Source: a phage
Reading direction: 5' to 3' (one strand)
Sequence record: PZ386965.1
DNA: 64,000 nucleotides
The translations under genes and the position numbers were made by a program. Of the stretch, positions 9,522 to 19,719 are shown piece by piece (positions within the stretch are counted from its first letter, which is position 1; each line of letters starts with the position of its first letter). The notes under the pieces were generated by a model. That model was given only the letters and a program-made list of their open reading frames with translations. It had not been told where the DNA came from and did no database searches.

Positions 9522-9529
9522 AATTAAGC

Positions 9530-9565
9530 CTTATTAAAATTAAAATGAAGCTCCCGAAGGAGCTT
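9530..9565 (-). terminator. intrinsic terminator after gene 39
   Basis: AAGCTCC-ttcg-GGAGCTT hairpin overlapping stop codon, T-rich tail. Confidence 0.55.
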
Positions 9566-11381
9566 AGGACATCCATTCTTTACGAAGTTCTGAATCATCA
9601 CCCATCAACATTTCAAAGAGTTCTTTCCAATTTTCAGGAAGTTTAACTACGTCGTACACAGGGTTCTGAATCATTTCACGATATTCTGACTTTTCAAGGG
9701 AGCCTAATCCCTTGATGTATCGAATACTATGCTTAGGCAGTGTATCTTTAACTTCTTCATACTCAGCTACAGTATAAAACCATTTTTGAGTTTTGCCAAT
9801 TTGTGCAATAATTACAGGTGTTTTAACAAAGCGAATACGTCCTTGTTCAAACAATTCAGGCCAATTACTAAAGAAAGCAAGCAAAGCCGGATAGATACTT
9901 CCAAGACCGTCATGATCTGCATCAGTCATAATTGCAATATTACGATAGTTCGTATTCTCTGCCTTTTCACCAAGAATAAGACCTGTGATAGCACAGATAT
10001 CAAAGAGCTCTTTGTTCTTCATCATATCAGCATATGACATACCCCAGCTATTCATCACCTTACCACGTAACGGGAATCCGCCGTGTAGTTCACGGTCACG
10101 AACATCAATGAGATAACCAATTGCAGAATCACCTTCTGTTAAGAACAATGTCGTATCTGCATCTTTACCACATTGGTTAGCTTTAATATGCTTATGAACC
10201 TTAGCTTTAGTTGCCTTTTTAGCTGCTTTAGTTTCTGCAGCCTTTTCTGCCGCCAATTTACGAGCTAATGCTGCTTCAACAATAGGCATAATCAAGGCTT
10301 CGTTTTTAAGAAGTGCCTGAGCAATTTTCTTAGCATCTAATTGGATATGATTACGAATATCGCCATACGTTGACGTTAAACGTTCTTTAGTCTGAGAATC
10401 AAAACGCATGTTGCTCATGTCTCTAATAAACATCAACATTGTGAGGCATTCTTTAACACGAGCTTTAGTGACTTCAATACCCTTATATTTCTTTTTAATA
10501 CCCGGCAAAAGATGTTCGCAGATATCGTCCATTACACATTCAACATGATGTCCACCATTTTTAGTATGGATGTTATTCACATAAGTTAAATGACGGAAGC
10601 CATCTGGTGATGTTGTGAATGCTATAGAGACTTTATCATTTTCTTGAATGATGTTATCTTCACCAAATTGTTTAGCAAATCGTTTAAAATTACCATCAAC
10701 CTTTTTACCGTTAAATGTGAACTTGATATCAGGATAAACGACTGCCAATGTTTGAAGTCGGTCTAAAGTAATATCTAAATAAATTTGAGATAAATTATGC
10801 TCTTCAAATGAAGTGAAATCAGGAGTGAAGATTACTTTAGTGCCTTTACCTTTAGATTTCTTAGAAGACCATGATTTGTTTTCCATTCCGTTTGAACAGT
10901 TAACAGTGATTTCATTTTCGCCATCTGACGTAATGCCTGTAAACAACGTAGAGAAGATATTAGTTAAACTACTCCCTACACCGTTCATACCACCGGTCTT
11001 GCGTTCAGAGTCATCACCAAAGTTACCACCAGCCTTTGGAATAGTCCAGGCTGCTACAGGCCCAGGAATTTGTTCACCTGTTTGGTCGGTAACTAAACCT
11101 TGAGGAATACCACGTCCGTTATCTTCTACAGAAACTTGATTATTTTTAATTTGCACATCAATTTTATTTGCAAACTTAAATGATGTACGAATAGCTTCAT
11201 CAACCGAGTTGTCAATAATCTCATCGATTAATTTAACCAGGCCAGGAACATATTCAACTTGTTGATATTTACCAAACAAAAAACGCTCATGTGCTTCTTT
11301 GGCCGAAGAACCAATATACATACCACTACGTTTCTTAATATGTTCTACATCTGACAATACCTTAATTTCATTTTTAATCAT
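9564..11381 (-). CDS. 39: DNA topoisomerase II large subunit (GyrB-like), continuous 39+60-type
   Basis: 605 aa single ORF; GHKL ATPase and TOPRIM motifs. Confidence 0.9.
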   Translation of the reverse strand: MIKNEIKVLSDVEHIKKRSGMYIGSSAKEAHERFLFGKYQQVEYVPGLVKLIDEIIDNSVDEAIRTSFKFANKIDVQIKNNQVSVEDNGRGIPQGLVTDQTGEQIPGPVAAWTIPKAGGNFGDDSERKTGGMNGVGSSLTNIFSTLFTGITSDGENEITVNCSNGMENKSWSSKKSKGKGTKVIFTPDFTSFEEHNLSQIYLDITLDRLQTLAVVYPDIKFTFNGKKVDGNFKRFAKQFGEDNIIQENDKVSIAFTTSPDGFRHLTYVNNIHTKNGGHHVECVMDDICEHLLPGIKKKYKGIEVTKARVKECLTMLMFIRDMSNMRFDSQTKERLTSTYGDIRNHIQLDAKKIAQALLKNEALIMPIVEAALARKLAAEKAAETKAAKKATKAKVHKHIKANQCGKDADTTLFLTEGDSAIGYLIDVRDRELHGGFPLRGKVMNSWGMSYADMMKNKELFDICAITGLILGEKAENTNYRNIAIMTDADHDGLGSIYPALLAFFSNWPELFEQGRIRFVKTPVIIAQIGKTQKWFYTVAEYEEVKDTLPKHSIRYIKGLGSLEKSEYREMIQNPVYDVVKLPENWKELFEMLMGDDSELRKEWMS

Positions 11382-11421
11382 GTTGTCTCCTCGTTATGAA
11401 GGTATTCTATCATCCGAAATC

Positions 11422-11446
11422 TAAAGCAAAAAGGGCCGAAGCCCTT
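11422..11446 (-). terminator. intrinsic terminator
   Basis: AAGGGC-ttcg-GCCCTT hairpin plus TTTTTGCTTT. Confidence 0.6.
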
Positions 11447-11891
11447 ATTTAAATTTAATTTTCTGAAGTGCATCAATTGCAGCCAAACGCCCTTGTTCAC
11501 TTTTAACTGTAATGACCACATCGCCTGATACGATCACCGAACCATCAACAAATTCTATAGAGCCTTTTTTGAAATCGACAGCTGTATCTGGTTCCGGAAC
11601 TTCTTCAAAGAATTTAAATTCTGCACCGTAAATCAGAATATCACCTTGCATACTATGAATAGTTCGGCCATAATCGCCTACGGCTTCTACAGCAATCACT
11701 GAAACACCATAGCCAATCATCTCTTCCACAATAAAATCTTTGGACAATAAAGTAGTATGCAGATTAGTATTAAGACGTTTACCAGTCGTATTAAGAATTC
11801 TCAAGAAATTATCTTCCTGTCCTTTGATAATACGATATTTCTTACCAACTTCAAAACCTTTAAAACCTTTAAAAGCCGTATTAAAAGCCAT
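11445..11891 (-). CDS. hypothetical protein, 148 aa
   Basis: ORF followed by terminator hairpin. Confidence 0.55.
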   Translation of the reverse strand: MAFNTAFKGFKGFEVGKKYRIIKGQEDNFLRILNTTGKRLNTNLHTTLLSKDFIVEEMIGYGVSVIAVEAVGDYGRTIHSMQGDILIYGAEFKFFEEVPEPDTAVDFKKGSIEFVDGSVIVSGDVVITVKSEQGRLAAIDALQKIKFK

Positions 11892-11893
11892 AA

Positions 11894-12073
11894 TTAACCC
11901 TTCTTAAGTAAGTCGTAAAAACCACCATTCACATGTTTAGGAGCAGAAACCCGACGAGTAGACAGACGATGACATTCAGGGCAAACATCGTTTTCTCGTT
12001 CAGAAATCCTTTTAATTTTTTCATATTCATGGCCACAATCTTCAGATTGACATTTATAGTCGTATAACGGCAT
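11894..12073 (-). CDS. zinc-ribbon protein (FmdB-like), 59 aa
   Basis: MPLYDYKC..CGH...CPECH two CxxC pairs. Confidence 0.5.
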   Translation of the reverse strand: MPLYDYKCQSEDCGHEYEKIKRISERENDVCPECHRLSTRRVSAPKHVNGGFYDLLKKG

Positions 12074-12075
12074 TA

Positions 12076-12498
12076 TTATTCCTTAAAATGTGCTTTCAAC
12101 ATTTGATACAAAGACCATGCCTGGTCGTTATTTTCGATAGTAACTTTCATTACTGGGAATTCTGTGAAATCTTCTATCTGTTCTTGCTCTTCAGATGCTT
12201 GATATGGATTTCCAACTTCATCAAAAAACTCTGCTTCACTAGTAGAGAGCCAGATAAAGTTTTCATCAAGGATATCACCGCCTGTTGCGTATCCAACCAT
12301 GCCAGTAGATGTCACAATTTTAGTAGGACGTCCAAGATGGTCAACATCTAATACTTTAAATGGTTCCATGCCAAGACGTCGTGCATAAATCCCATTATCA
12401 GTATGGTCTTTAATAAACTCTTCTTGGGCACGTTTATCTTTAAATTGGTACCATGAGTTAACGCGGAATTTATTAGCCATTAGTAAGTTTCCTTCCAA
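12076..12498 (-). CDS. hypothetical protein, 140 aa
   Basis: ORF. Confidence 0.55.
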   Translation of the reverse strand: MEGNLLMANKFRVNSWYQFKDKRAQEEFIKDHTDNGIYARRLGMEPFKVLDVDHLGRPTKIVTSTGMVGYATGGDILDENFIWLSTSEAEFFDEVGNPYQASEEQEQIEDFTEFPVMKVTIENNDQAWSLYQMLKAHFKE

Positions 12499-12752
12499 TA
12501 AGTTGTACCGTTTTCAGTGATTTCACGGAAGATACCATAGATAGGCATTTCATCACCGAGTTTTTCGTAAACGTAAACCACTTCAGTGTAGCATAAAAAT
12601 TCAGTCCAGTTTTTCTGTACAACAACTAAATCAGGATTAAACAGAACATCTTCAAACTCATCGATGTTTGAATCAGTAGTTACGTTTTTAATGATTTGAC
12701 GTTTCATAATATTCTCCTCTTGTTTTGATATGACTATAGTATCATAGGCCAT
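12480..12752 (-). CDS. hypothetical protein, 90 aa
   Basis: ORF. Confidence 0.45.
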   Translation of the reverse strand: MAYDTIVISKQEENIMKRQIIKNVTTDSNIDEFEDVLFNPDLVVVQKNWTEFLCYTEVVYVYEKLGDEMPIYGIFREITENGTTYWKETY

Positions 12753-12764
12753 AGTTGTTGTACA

Positions 12765-13289
12765 TCATTTTAGCAAAATAAAATCAACTTGTTCTGCCAA
12801 TGAACGTCTAAACATTAATTGACAACTTCCGAGGATGAAATCAGGTGCTTCATAGACAGCGATGTAGTATCCTTTAGCTTTCAAGAGTTCAACATCCACT
12901 TGGTCATCAAACCATGCATAAACCGCGTCAACACTTTCAAATCCAAAATAGAACCCTTGAGCCCAATCTTCACTCAATTCAAATGTGTACTCAATTCTAT
13001 GGTATCTTAAGATATTTTGTTCAAGGAGTTTGTCTTCATTTACTGTAGGACGATTAGGGACATTATAGTTGTCGCCGTGATGGTAGAAGTTACCTGAGAT
13101 TATTCCATGTTTATCAAGGAACTCCCATGTTTCTTCGGAGTTGTCAGTGCCAGACCAACCGTAAGGTGAGCGAGGTTCTTTATTCCAAGAGGTTTCCCAA
13201 ATTCTGACGGCTTTACCGTCTTCGATAACAATTCCTGGTAATGATTCACGTTGAGTACAAAAACTACGTTCTACGCGATAAACTAACAT
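12765..13289 (-). CDS. hypothetical protein, 174 aa
   Basis: ORF with early-type promoter upstream. Confidence 0.55.
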   Translation of the reverse strand: MLVYRVERSFCTQRESLPGIVIEDGKAVRIWETSWNKEPRSPYGWSGTDNSEETWEFLDKHGIISGNFYHHGDNYNVPNRPTVNEDKLLEQNILRYHRIEYTFELSEDWAQGFYFGFESVDAVYAWFDDQVDVELLKAKGYYIAVYEAPDFILGSCQLMFRRSLAEQVDFILLK

Positions 13290-13348
13290 ATTATTCTCCT
13301 CTGGTTGATATGGTTATAATATCAAAACCAGAGGAGAAGTAAACAACT

Positions 13349-13768
13349 TTATGCGAAAGCAGCTGGGCTATATTTTTTAATTTGGAATTCAGGAACTACC
13401 ATGAACTGCCCGGCAAAAACAATGTTATAAAGCTTGACACCATCTTCTACCCAACGGTCGCTAATAAATCCAGCGATTTGCTTAGTTTTCCATGGTGTTC
13501 CATCAGTTGCCGCAGCAATAGTGAATTCATGGTCTTTTTCAACAGAAACTGATCTGCATAGTCCCCATTTGAACGCTTTTTCTTCTGGCTCAATGAACTG
13601 GCTTTTAACGTAACCAATGTTGCCATCAGCATCACGAACTTTAACTTCATTGCGACCAAAAACAGGATCACTTACATAAAGAACTTCAACCAACTTACCA
13701 GCAACTTTAGAGCGAGAAGCATCCGATACGTGTACGTAATCACCAATAGAGAGATTTGCAATATTCAT
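13349..13768 (-). CDS. paralog family member 1 (C-terminal GFISDRWVEDG..LYNIVF motif)
   Basis: 139 aa; shares N- and C-terminal motifs with next two genes. Confidence 0.6.
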   Translation of the reverse strand: MNIANLSIGDYVHVSDASRSKVAGKLVEVLYVSDPVFGRNEVKVRDADGNIGYVKSQFIEPEEKAFKWGLCRSVSVEKDHEFTIAAATDGTPWKTKQIAGFISDRWVEDGVKLYNIVFAGQFMVVPEFQIKKYSPAAFA

Positions 13769-13777
13769 AATAATTCC

Positions 13778-14233
13778 TTAAGCTTTACGAGGAGATACAT
13801 AGCGAGTGATTTCAGATTCTTTAACAACTCTGAAGTCACCTAAGAATACGATATTGTATAACTTTTCACCATCTTCTACCCATTGGTCACTAATGAAGCC
13901 ACACATGATATCAGTTTTGTTTGGATAACCATATTCGTCGATGAAATCAAATTCTTTATCAGTCCGGAATTCAACGCCTTTGCAAAGGGCCCATTTGAAC
14001 TGTACATTAGGTTCAGTAGAAGCAAAATGAGCGCTCACATGAGTTTCCAAGAATTTAGGACTTACGTAAGCGTACTGAGTTTCAGTTTTTCCAGAACTAG
14101 GAATGATTCGAACTTTAACTTCTTTAACACGACCAGTACCATTAGTACGAAGTCCTACCACTTCAACTAGACGACCTGCAGCTTTAGAACGAGATGCAGA
14201 CGATACACGCTTAATTTCACCAATAGTAATCAT
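13778..14233 (-). CDS. paralog family member 2
   Basis: start moved to internal Met (MITIGEIK) because a promoter lies inside the ORF-track N-terminal extension. Confidence 0.6.
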   Translation of the reverse strand: MITIGEIKRVSSASRSKAAGRLVEVVGLRTNGTGRVKEVKVRIIPSSGKTETQYAYVSPKFLETHVSAHFASTEPNVQFKWALCKGVEFRTDKEFDFIDEYGYPNKTDIMCGFISDQWVEDGEKLYNIVFLGDFRVVKESEITRYVSPRKA

Positions 14234-14263
14234 AATTTCTCTCTCTTTGTTTAAGTTGAATTC

Positions 14264-14293
14264 ATTATACTCCATCCATCCTTGGATGTACAA
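14264..14293 (-). promoter_or_regulatory. promoter for paralog member 2
   Basis: TTGTAC - 18 nt - TATAAT with CCAAGGATGG spacer. Confidence 0.5.
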
Positions 14294-14295
14294 CA

Positions 14296-14790
14296 TTAAT
14301 TTAGAATATTAACTACTGCACTACGTGGAACCACACTAAAATCACCAGCATGAACAACGTTCAGAAGTTCAACACCGTCTTCAATCCACTGATCAGTTAC
14401 CCATCCATTTACTGGACCAGCGAATGGGCGTCGAATTGAAACATATTTACACAACAAATCAGTAGGCTCAATAGGCTTAATCAGAGTACCGTACATACAA
14501 GCGATATCCATATCAATACAGATGTCTTTAACGGGTTCTACTTCTTCAATCAACAGTTCAAAGTCGGTGCTTGGAAGGGCGGTGGTAGAAATTGTACCGT
14601 ATGAATTTTTAATTTCTAAGAATAACCAAGGGCCTTCAGCTTGTTTGATGAAGTTAACAATAGTGAAACTATTACCTTGAGTGGCACCTAAAATTTCACA
14701 AAACTTTTCATAAGCTCGCATTGAAGCACCGTACCAGTTAATTTGTTTTTCGTCTTTCAGGATGTAAGTAGCCGTGGTATTGATATTCAT
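14296..14790 (-). CDS. paralog family member 3
   Basis: 164 aa; C-terminal GWVTDQWIEDG..LLNVVH motif; own promoter. Confidence 0.6.
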   Translation of the reverse strand: MNINTTATYILKDEKQINWYGASMRAYEKFCEILGATQGNSFTIVNFIKQAEGPWLFLEIKNSYGTISTTALPSTDFELLIEEVEPVKDICIDMDIACMYGTLIKPIEPTDLLCKYVSIRRPFAGPVNGWVTDQWIEDGVELLNVVHAGDFSVVPRSAVVNILN

Positions 14791-14822
14791 AATGTTTTTT
14801 CCTGTTTGGTTAAGATAGAAAT

Positions 14823-14852
14823 ATTATACTCCAACCATCCTTGGTTGTAAAC
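14823..14852 (-). promoter_or_regulatory. promoter for paralog member 3
   Basis: GTTTAC - 18 nt (CAACCA..TGGTTG inverted repeat) - TATAAT. Confidence 0.55.
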
Positions 14853-14857
14853 TGTTT

Positions 14858-15535
14858 TTATCGCTGTTTTACACTTAACGGGTCAGGATTCTCAGGGACA
14901 TCTTCAAGGCCAAGCGCATAACGCTGAGCATATTTTAACATCAAAATATCTTTAGCACAATCGTGAATACTATCATGGGCAACGAATCCTTTTAGCGTAC
15001 CCATCGGTAATGGACACATACTTAATCCTCGTGTCAACGAGTAAGCTTCGATTGCCGTACGAATATCACGTTGAGCCCAGAATTTAACAGGTTCTAATTT
15101 ATCGGTATCAATATCTGGTTCAAGAACACCTTCATCACGATAGAGGTCACGAATCAAATCGACCAAGATCGGGAAGTCAAAGCTCATACCACGGCACCAC
15201 ATCTGTGATTTCCATTGGTCAACTTTATTAGCTCGACAATAATCTAAAAAGATTTTAATGCCTTCAAGCGTAGTGACATCGTCTTCAGACGGGGCCAGGT
15301 TTTTACGTGCTTCTGCTGATTGTTCTTTCCACCATTTCATAGTGGATTTAGCGAAAACTCGCTTCCCTTTTTGAGAAGCTAAATTAAATTTAATTCGCTT
15401 ACCTCGTTGAACAAGTTCTTCAAATGTTTCAACAACTTCAGGGTCCGAATTATATGCAATAACCGCAAGGTCAATAACAGCCGCTTTTGATGTATTGCCG
15501 AATGTTTCAAAGTCTATAATAACATCAGTGCTCAT
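14858..15535 (-). CDS. dexA: exonuclease A (DEDD 3'-5' exonuclease)
   Basis: 225 aa; IIDFETFG Exo I motif; T4 DexA size and position. Confidence 0.8.
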   Translation of the reverse strand: MSTDVIIDFETFGNTSKAAVIDLAVIAYNSDPEVVETFEELVQRGKRIKFNLASQKGKRVFAKSTMKWWKEQSAEARKNLAPSEDDVTTLEGIKIFLDYCRANKVDQWKSQMWCRGMSFDFPILVDLIRDLYRDEGVLEPDIDTDKLEPVKFWAQRDIRTAIEAYSLTRGLSMCPLPMGTLKGFVAHDSIHDCAKDILMLKYAQRYALGLEDVPENPDPLSVKQR

Positions 15536-15544
15536 AATTTTCTC

Positions 15545-16858
15545 TCAAATAAAATGGACGTCAAAACGACCACGAGTTGTGCCGACATACAATAACTGTT
15601 TAGCTAATTCTGAATCGGCGTAATGGATACACGGTGTATAAACAAAGGCCGTGTCAACAGACATACCCTGGGCCTTATGGAAGGTTGATACTGGTAGTGC
15701 CTTTACCTTAGTGAACATACGTTTAGCATCCCAGAATTCACTCCATGGAGCTTTACCACCTTTATTCCAGAATTTGTATGTTTCTGCGGTCTTAGCCAAA
15801 AACAAATTGAATTTATAAAGCTCTTCTTCGGAAGAAATAACCTTTATATCTTCGCGGATGTATTCTTCATCATCCCCATATGTTTCTACTGTAAGATTCC
15901 AGTATCGTATCATATATTCGCCTGAAACACCGCGTGCTTTAACGAATGTAGACGTTTCTACAGCGTCTCGAATACGAACGAATTGCCCGTTATTGAAAAG
16001 CATTTCGGTCATATTTTTGCCATCTAGCTTATATGTCTTAGTAAATGGCTCTTGTAGAACAATGACTTCGTCTTTAATAAATGGCTTTTCTGTTTCAAAA
16101 AGTTTTCGGCGAATAATTGAATTCAACTTATCTACTGACTTATTTGTGAATGCCATCATTCGATTTTCGAAAAGGTCTTCAGGAGTTTTAACGACATTAA
16201 AATAATTCATCATATACGATTTAAGGTCTGTATATCCATGAACACCATGCCCATCAACTACTTTATCATAAATCCATTTGCCATTACGAATATCAGTCGC
16301 AACATCAATAATTGGCGCATTGCTACGTTTAACTTCTGTAAGGTCGCATTGCACGAAGTCTTTGTGAGTGAAGAAAGGACTTAGATACGCAGTTGATTCG
16401 CCTGGGTCCACCGGTCGAATCTGACATCGGTCACCAATTCCAATTACTGTACACCATTTAGGGATACTAGCTAACATTATTTTAAACAGAGAACGGTCGC
16501 ACATTGACGCTTCATCAAATAACAGTACACGGCACAAGGCTAAGTCGGGAACCTTTTTCTGTTCAAATAATACGTTTTCTTCGTATGTGGTTGGGTTGAT
16601 TTTAAGAATGCTATGAATGGTTGATGCTTCTTGACCAGCAAGTTTGCTTAGAACCTTTTTAGCAGCATGTGTAGGGGCTGCTAAAATAATACCTGATTCT
16701 CCGGCAGAAATAAGAGCTTCAACAATAAATCTAGTAAGGGTTGTTTTACCTGTACCAGCAGGCCCATTAATAGTTACGTGATGTTTCTTTTCTTTAATAG
16801 CTTTCATAACAACGTTGAAGGCGTTTTTCTGGCCTTCAGTCAAATCATCAAATGTCAT
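15545..16858 (-). CDS. dda: Dda DNA helicase (SF1)
   Basis: 437 aa; Walker A GPAGTGKTT; T4 Dda size and synteny. Confidence 0.85.
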   Translation of the reverse strand: MTFDDLTEGQKNAFNVVMKAIKEKKHHVTINGPAGTGKTTLTRFIVEALISAGESGIILAAPTHAAKKVLSKLAGQEASTIHSILKINPTTYEENVLFEQKKVPDLALCRVLLFDEASMCDRSLFKIMLASIPKWCTVIGIGDRCQIRPVDPGESTAYLSPFFTHKDFVQCDLTEVKRSNAPIIDVATDIRNGKWIYDKVVDGHGVHGYTDLKSYMMNYFNVVKTPEDLFENRMMAFTNKSVDKLNSIIRRKLFETEKPFIKDEVIVLQEPFTKTYKLDGKNMTEMLFNNGQFVRIRDAVETSTFVKARGVSGEYMIRYWNLTVETYGDDEEYIREDIKVISSEEELYKFNLFLAKTAETYKFWNKGGKAPWSEFWDAKRMFTKVKALPVSTFHKAQGMSVDTAFVYTPCIHYADSELAKQLLYVGTTRGRFDVHFI

Positions 16859-17166
16859 CGTAAAGTCCCTGCAATTGGAATACTAACAATACGGCCTGTG
16901 TCCAGGATTCGTTGATATAATCTTTGCGTCTCCGCATCTAGTTTAACGTGTTTCATTTCAAGCTTATTAAACCAGAACTTACGCGGAGTTTCGACCATTC
17001 TTAGAACTCCCATTTTTAAATCTGTTTTATACTGTGTTTTCAAAGTATTGAAAACTTTATCTGCAATATCCTTTCTAAAAAATACTGCAGGACGATGCTC
17101 ATCAAGTGGAACCGGGACAGTAAATCCTTCCATATCTCGATAAACTATTGCATATACATAAACCAT
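16855..17166 (-). CDS. hypothetical protein (dda.1 position), 103 aa
   Basis: ORF. Confidence 0.5.
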   Translation of the reverse strand: MVYVYAIVYRDMEGFTVPVPLDEHRPAVFFRKDIADKVFNTLKTQYKTDLKMGVLRMVETPRKFWFNKLEMKHVKLDAETQRLYQRILDTGRIVSIPIAGTLR

Positions 17167-17168
17167 AA

Positions 17169-17915
17169 TTAACCTTTAATCAGTTGGAATAATGATGCGC
17201 TAAGTGGTAAGCCACGTTTCAATTTTAATTTACCAATGAAACCAATCTTTTCAAAACGTTGCAGACCTTGGATAACTTTATCATATGTATCGAAAAGCGA
17301 TTCAGCGTCAGTTAATTTAGTTTTAGTTTTCCAGTCAGAGCCTTTAAGAAGAACGTTGAGTTTAGTAAGTTCATGGCCTTCTGCTTGATGTGAGCCATTA
17401 ATGCGTGCTTTCAAAGCAACAATTCTAAGTTTAGATTCGTTAGATAAAGGTTGATTTTTCATCATGTTAGCCATATGCTTAACACGATTTTCACGTTTTG
17501 CTCGGATTTTTAAAATAGTATCATAAACCTTTTTAATTTGGGCCCATTTCTTCTCGTCGAGATTAAGTTTCTCTACTTTACGGGCAGAAGGATTAGCAAT
17601 ACGTCTTGCAACAGCGTCACGTTTCTCAATAAGCTCTTCTAATGTTAAATCAGAACGAGCCGTGTTATATTTTTTCTTAACTGGGATAACATTACCTTTA
17701 ATGTAGCCTATATCATTATTAAAACGTTCTAAGGATAATTTCTCACCTTCAACAGAGTTATTAAAAGATTCACCTGAGTAAGCGCAGACCTTTTGATCAA
17801 GAATGTTTTTAAGGTAATTAAAGTCTAAGTTAAAATCCTTAGAGCGTCTCTTCGCAGAAGCTCTGGTGTGGTCAAGACGACGATTGATTTTGTTAATTTT
17901 ATTATTTGATAACAT
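17169..17915 (-). CDS. srd: Srd-like protein (sigma-factor decoy position)
   Basis: 248 aa vs 250 aa T4 Srd; synteny dda - srd - modA. Confidence 0.5.
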   Translation of the reverse strand: MLSNNKINKINRRLDHTRASAKRRSKDFNLDFNYLKNILDQKVCAYSGESFNNSVEGEKLSLERFNNDIGYIKGNVIPVKKKYNTARSDLTLEELIEKRDAVARRIANPSARKVEKLNLDEKKWAQIKKVYDTILKIRAKRENRVKHMANMMKNQPLSNESKLRIVALKARINGSHQAEGHELTKLNVLLKGSDWKTKTKLTDAESLFDTYDKVIQGLQRFEKIGFIGKLKLKRGLPLSASLFQLIKG

Positions 17916-18066
17916 AATATTTTCCTCGGTCTTACGGACGTTTGGTCATTTAGCTGATGAGTCTATAGTATCATGTTCTCAGGATATGTACACTCTTTTT
18001 CGTAAAATGCTTTAAATTTTTGTGTGTTATAATGGTTCTGAGTTCCATCCGGTTATTCCAATCCAG

Positions 18067-18675
18067 TCAGTAACCGACAATAGACAGATTCCAGATTGTA
18101 TAACGTCCATCTTGAATAATAGAATCTACACGCAGTGTAGTCCCTATAGGGAGCATAAATTCACATTCGTCAGATATAAGTCTAGCATTAGACCGTCTTG
18201 TCGCTTCAGGGAAAGCTCCATTGAACTCACAAGATGGCGCAGCCAGAATCATGTTAAGCATATGTTCACGGAAGTTGAAAGCAAATGGTGCATCTTTGAT
18301 GCAGAACATATTAAATGTTCCATAAAAATTATATGAAGCGAAGTTACGTGCTACACCGAACACTGGGCTGAAGCTCATTACTCTGTCAAATTTAATAATA
18401 CTACCAATGCCTTTATCATCGAGTGTGGCCATAGTTTTCTTAGAGATTCCACGATACATTGTCTCAGGAACAGAAGACGTCCAATTTCTACGAACGATTG
18501 AACTTAACTCCTGTTGAATACAGTCTGGCTTGTTTTCCATACACTGCCACAGTACACTTTGTTCAATGTCGCTGAATTGACTATCAATTTCGTACTGCAA
18601 TTCATCTTGATATTCAGGGCATTGAGCACGGCGAACCATTTCCTCAATTTCACATTCATTATACGGCATAAACAT
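18067..18675 (-). CDS. modA: ADP-ribosyltransferase, ModA-like
   Basis: 202 aa; R (MYRGIS), S-x-S (SFSP), E-x-E (DECEF) motifs. Confidence 0.65.
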   Translation of the reverse strand: MFMPYNECEIEEMVRRAQCPEYQDELQYEIDSQFSDIEQSVLWQCMENKPDCIQQELSSIVRRNWTSSVPETMYRGISKKTMATLDDKGIGSIIKFDRVMSFSPVFGVARNFASYNFYGTFNMFCIKDAPFAFNFREHMLNMILAAPSCEFNGAFPEATRRSNARLISDECEFMLPIGTTLRVDSIIQDGRYTIWNLSIVGY

Positions 18676-18732
18676 TTAGGTTTCTCCTGTGGTTGATAAA
18701 GGTATAGTATCATCGTCGGTAGAGTTTGTACA

Positions 18733-19314
18733 CTAAAAATTCAACATTTTTAAATGAATGATTTTGTATAGTCGAGATAAAGGGTCATATTCTAAGTCTT
18801 CAATTTCCACAATCTCAAATCTAGAGATACCTGAGACCATGTATTCTTGTTCAGATTCAATCATATCTAGGACGTCAACACGCGTTTCTTCCATAACATG
18901 CTTAGGATTCTTTCCGGCAAGTACAATGTTAACCATGTTTTGGTAGTAATCAAAAATGAATGGAGCATTCCTGAGACTAAGAATAGTGTACGTCTGATAT
19001 TCCCATCTCCCAGAGAATTGACGAGCCGTACTGAAATCAGTTGTGAACGATGTTACTCGTCCAGGAGACCAATGGCATCCAACAGAAAGAAGGGAAAGAC
19101 GTTCTACTTCTTCTGGAGTTACACCACGGTAGAGTTCTACTGGTACTGTAGAAGTCATATGCTTACGAACAAGACGGTCTAATTCATAGTGGAAATCTGG
19201 GTCTTCCTTAGAATCGGTGCAAGCCCAGAGAATGTTTTGTTCTTGGCGGGTGAATTTGCTATCAATCAGATTTGTTAGGTATTCGCGTTCTTGAAGTTCA
19301 GATTGACATGTCAT
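18733..19314 (-). CDS. modB: ADP-ribosyltransferase, ModB-like
   Basis: 193 aa paralog; LYRGV, TSFTT, ESEQE motifs. Confidence 0.65.
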   Translation of the reverse strand: MTCQSELQEREYLTNLIDSKFTRQEQNILWACTDSKEDPDFHYELDRLVRKHMTSTVPVELYRGVTPEEVERLSLLSVGCHWSPGRVTSFTTDFSTARQFSGRWEYQTYTILSLRNAPFIFDYYQNMVNIVLAGKNPKHVMEETRVDVLDMIESEQEYMVSGISRFEIVEIEDLEYDPLSRLYKIIHLKMLNF

Positions 19315-19369
19315 GATAGACCTCCATTTAAAGATAAGCCTATCATAACACGAGAGGAGGGAATGTAAA

Positions 19370-19534
19370 CTACTTTTTAAGCTTTCCTACTAAAGGTCCA
19401 TCAGGACCAGGTTGTTCTAACATGAATAACGATGCTTTAAAAAGCAATGTCAACCCTTTCACCATTCGATACCATATCTCAAAGTCTTTTTCCTTGATTT
19501 CTAGTAAGAATTTCTCTTTAAATTTCTCTTTCAT
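19370..19534 (-). CDS. small charged protein, 54 aa
   Basis: ATGA overlap with upstream ORF stop; SD GGAG. Confidence 0.3.
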   Translation of the reverse strand: MKEKFKEKFLLEIKEKDFEIWYRMVKGLTLLFKASLFMLEQPGPDGPLVGKLKK

Positions 19535-19719
19535 TTCCAAGGACTCCATGGTGGAGGGTCGTCATAATAAGAGGCAAGGTCTTTCAGGGCTTCGACAGGT
19601 AAACTAAAGCCGTGTCGTTGTATAATACTATCTAGTTCATCAACAAGTTCACTACGATGCACTTTAGGAGCCTCAACTTCAGGCTCGTCAAACATACTCA
19701 TAAGGTCCATATTATTCAC
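19531..19719 (-). CDS. hypothetical protein, 62 aa
   Basis: ORF. Confidence 0.4.
   Translation of the reverse strand: MNNMDLMSMFDEPEVEAPKVHRSELVDELDSIIQRHGFSLPVEALKDLASYYDDPPPWSPWK

Noticed and set aside
9564-11381. Possible gene 60-type translational bypass or intron in the topoisomerase gene
   Set aside because: The ORF is continuous at 605 aa with no frame break or internal stop.
13778-14296. Long N-terminal extensions of several ORF-track entries (13778..14296, 50107..50385, 48520..48900, 25052..25480)
   Set aside because: A promoter lies inside the extension and an internal Met with RBS follows, so the real genes start downstream; coordinates were trimmed.
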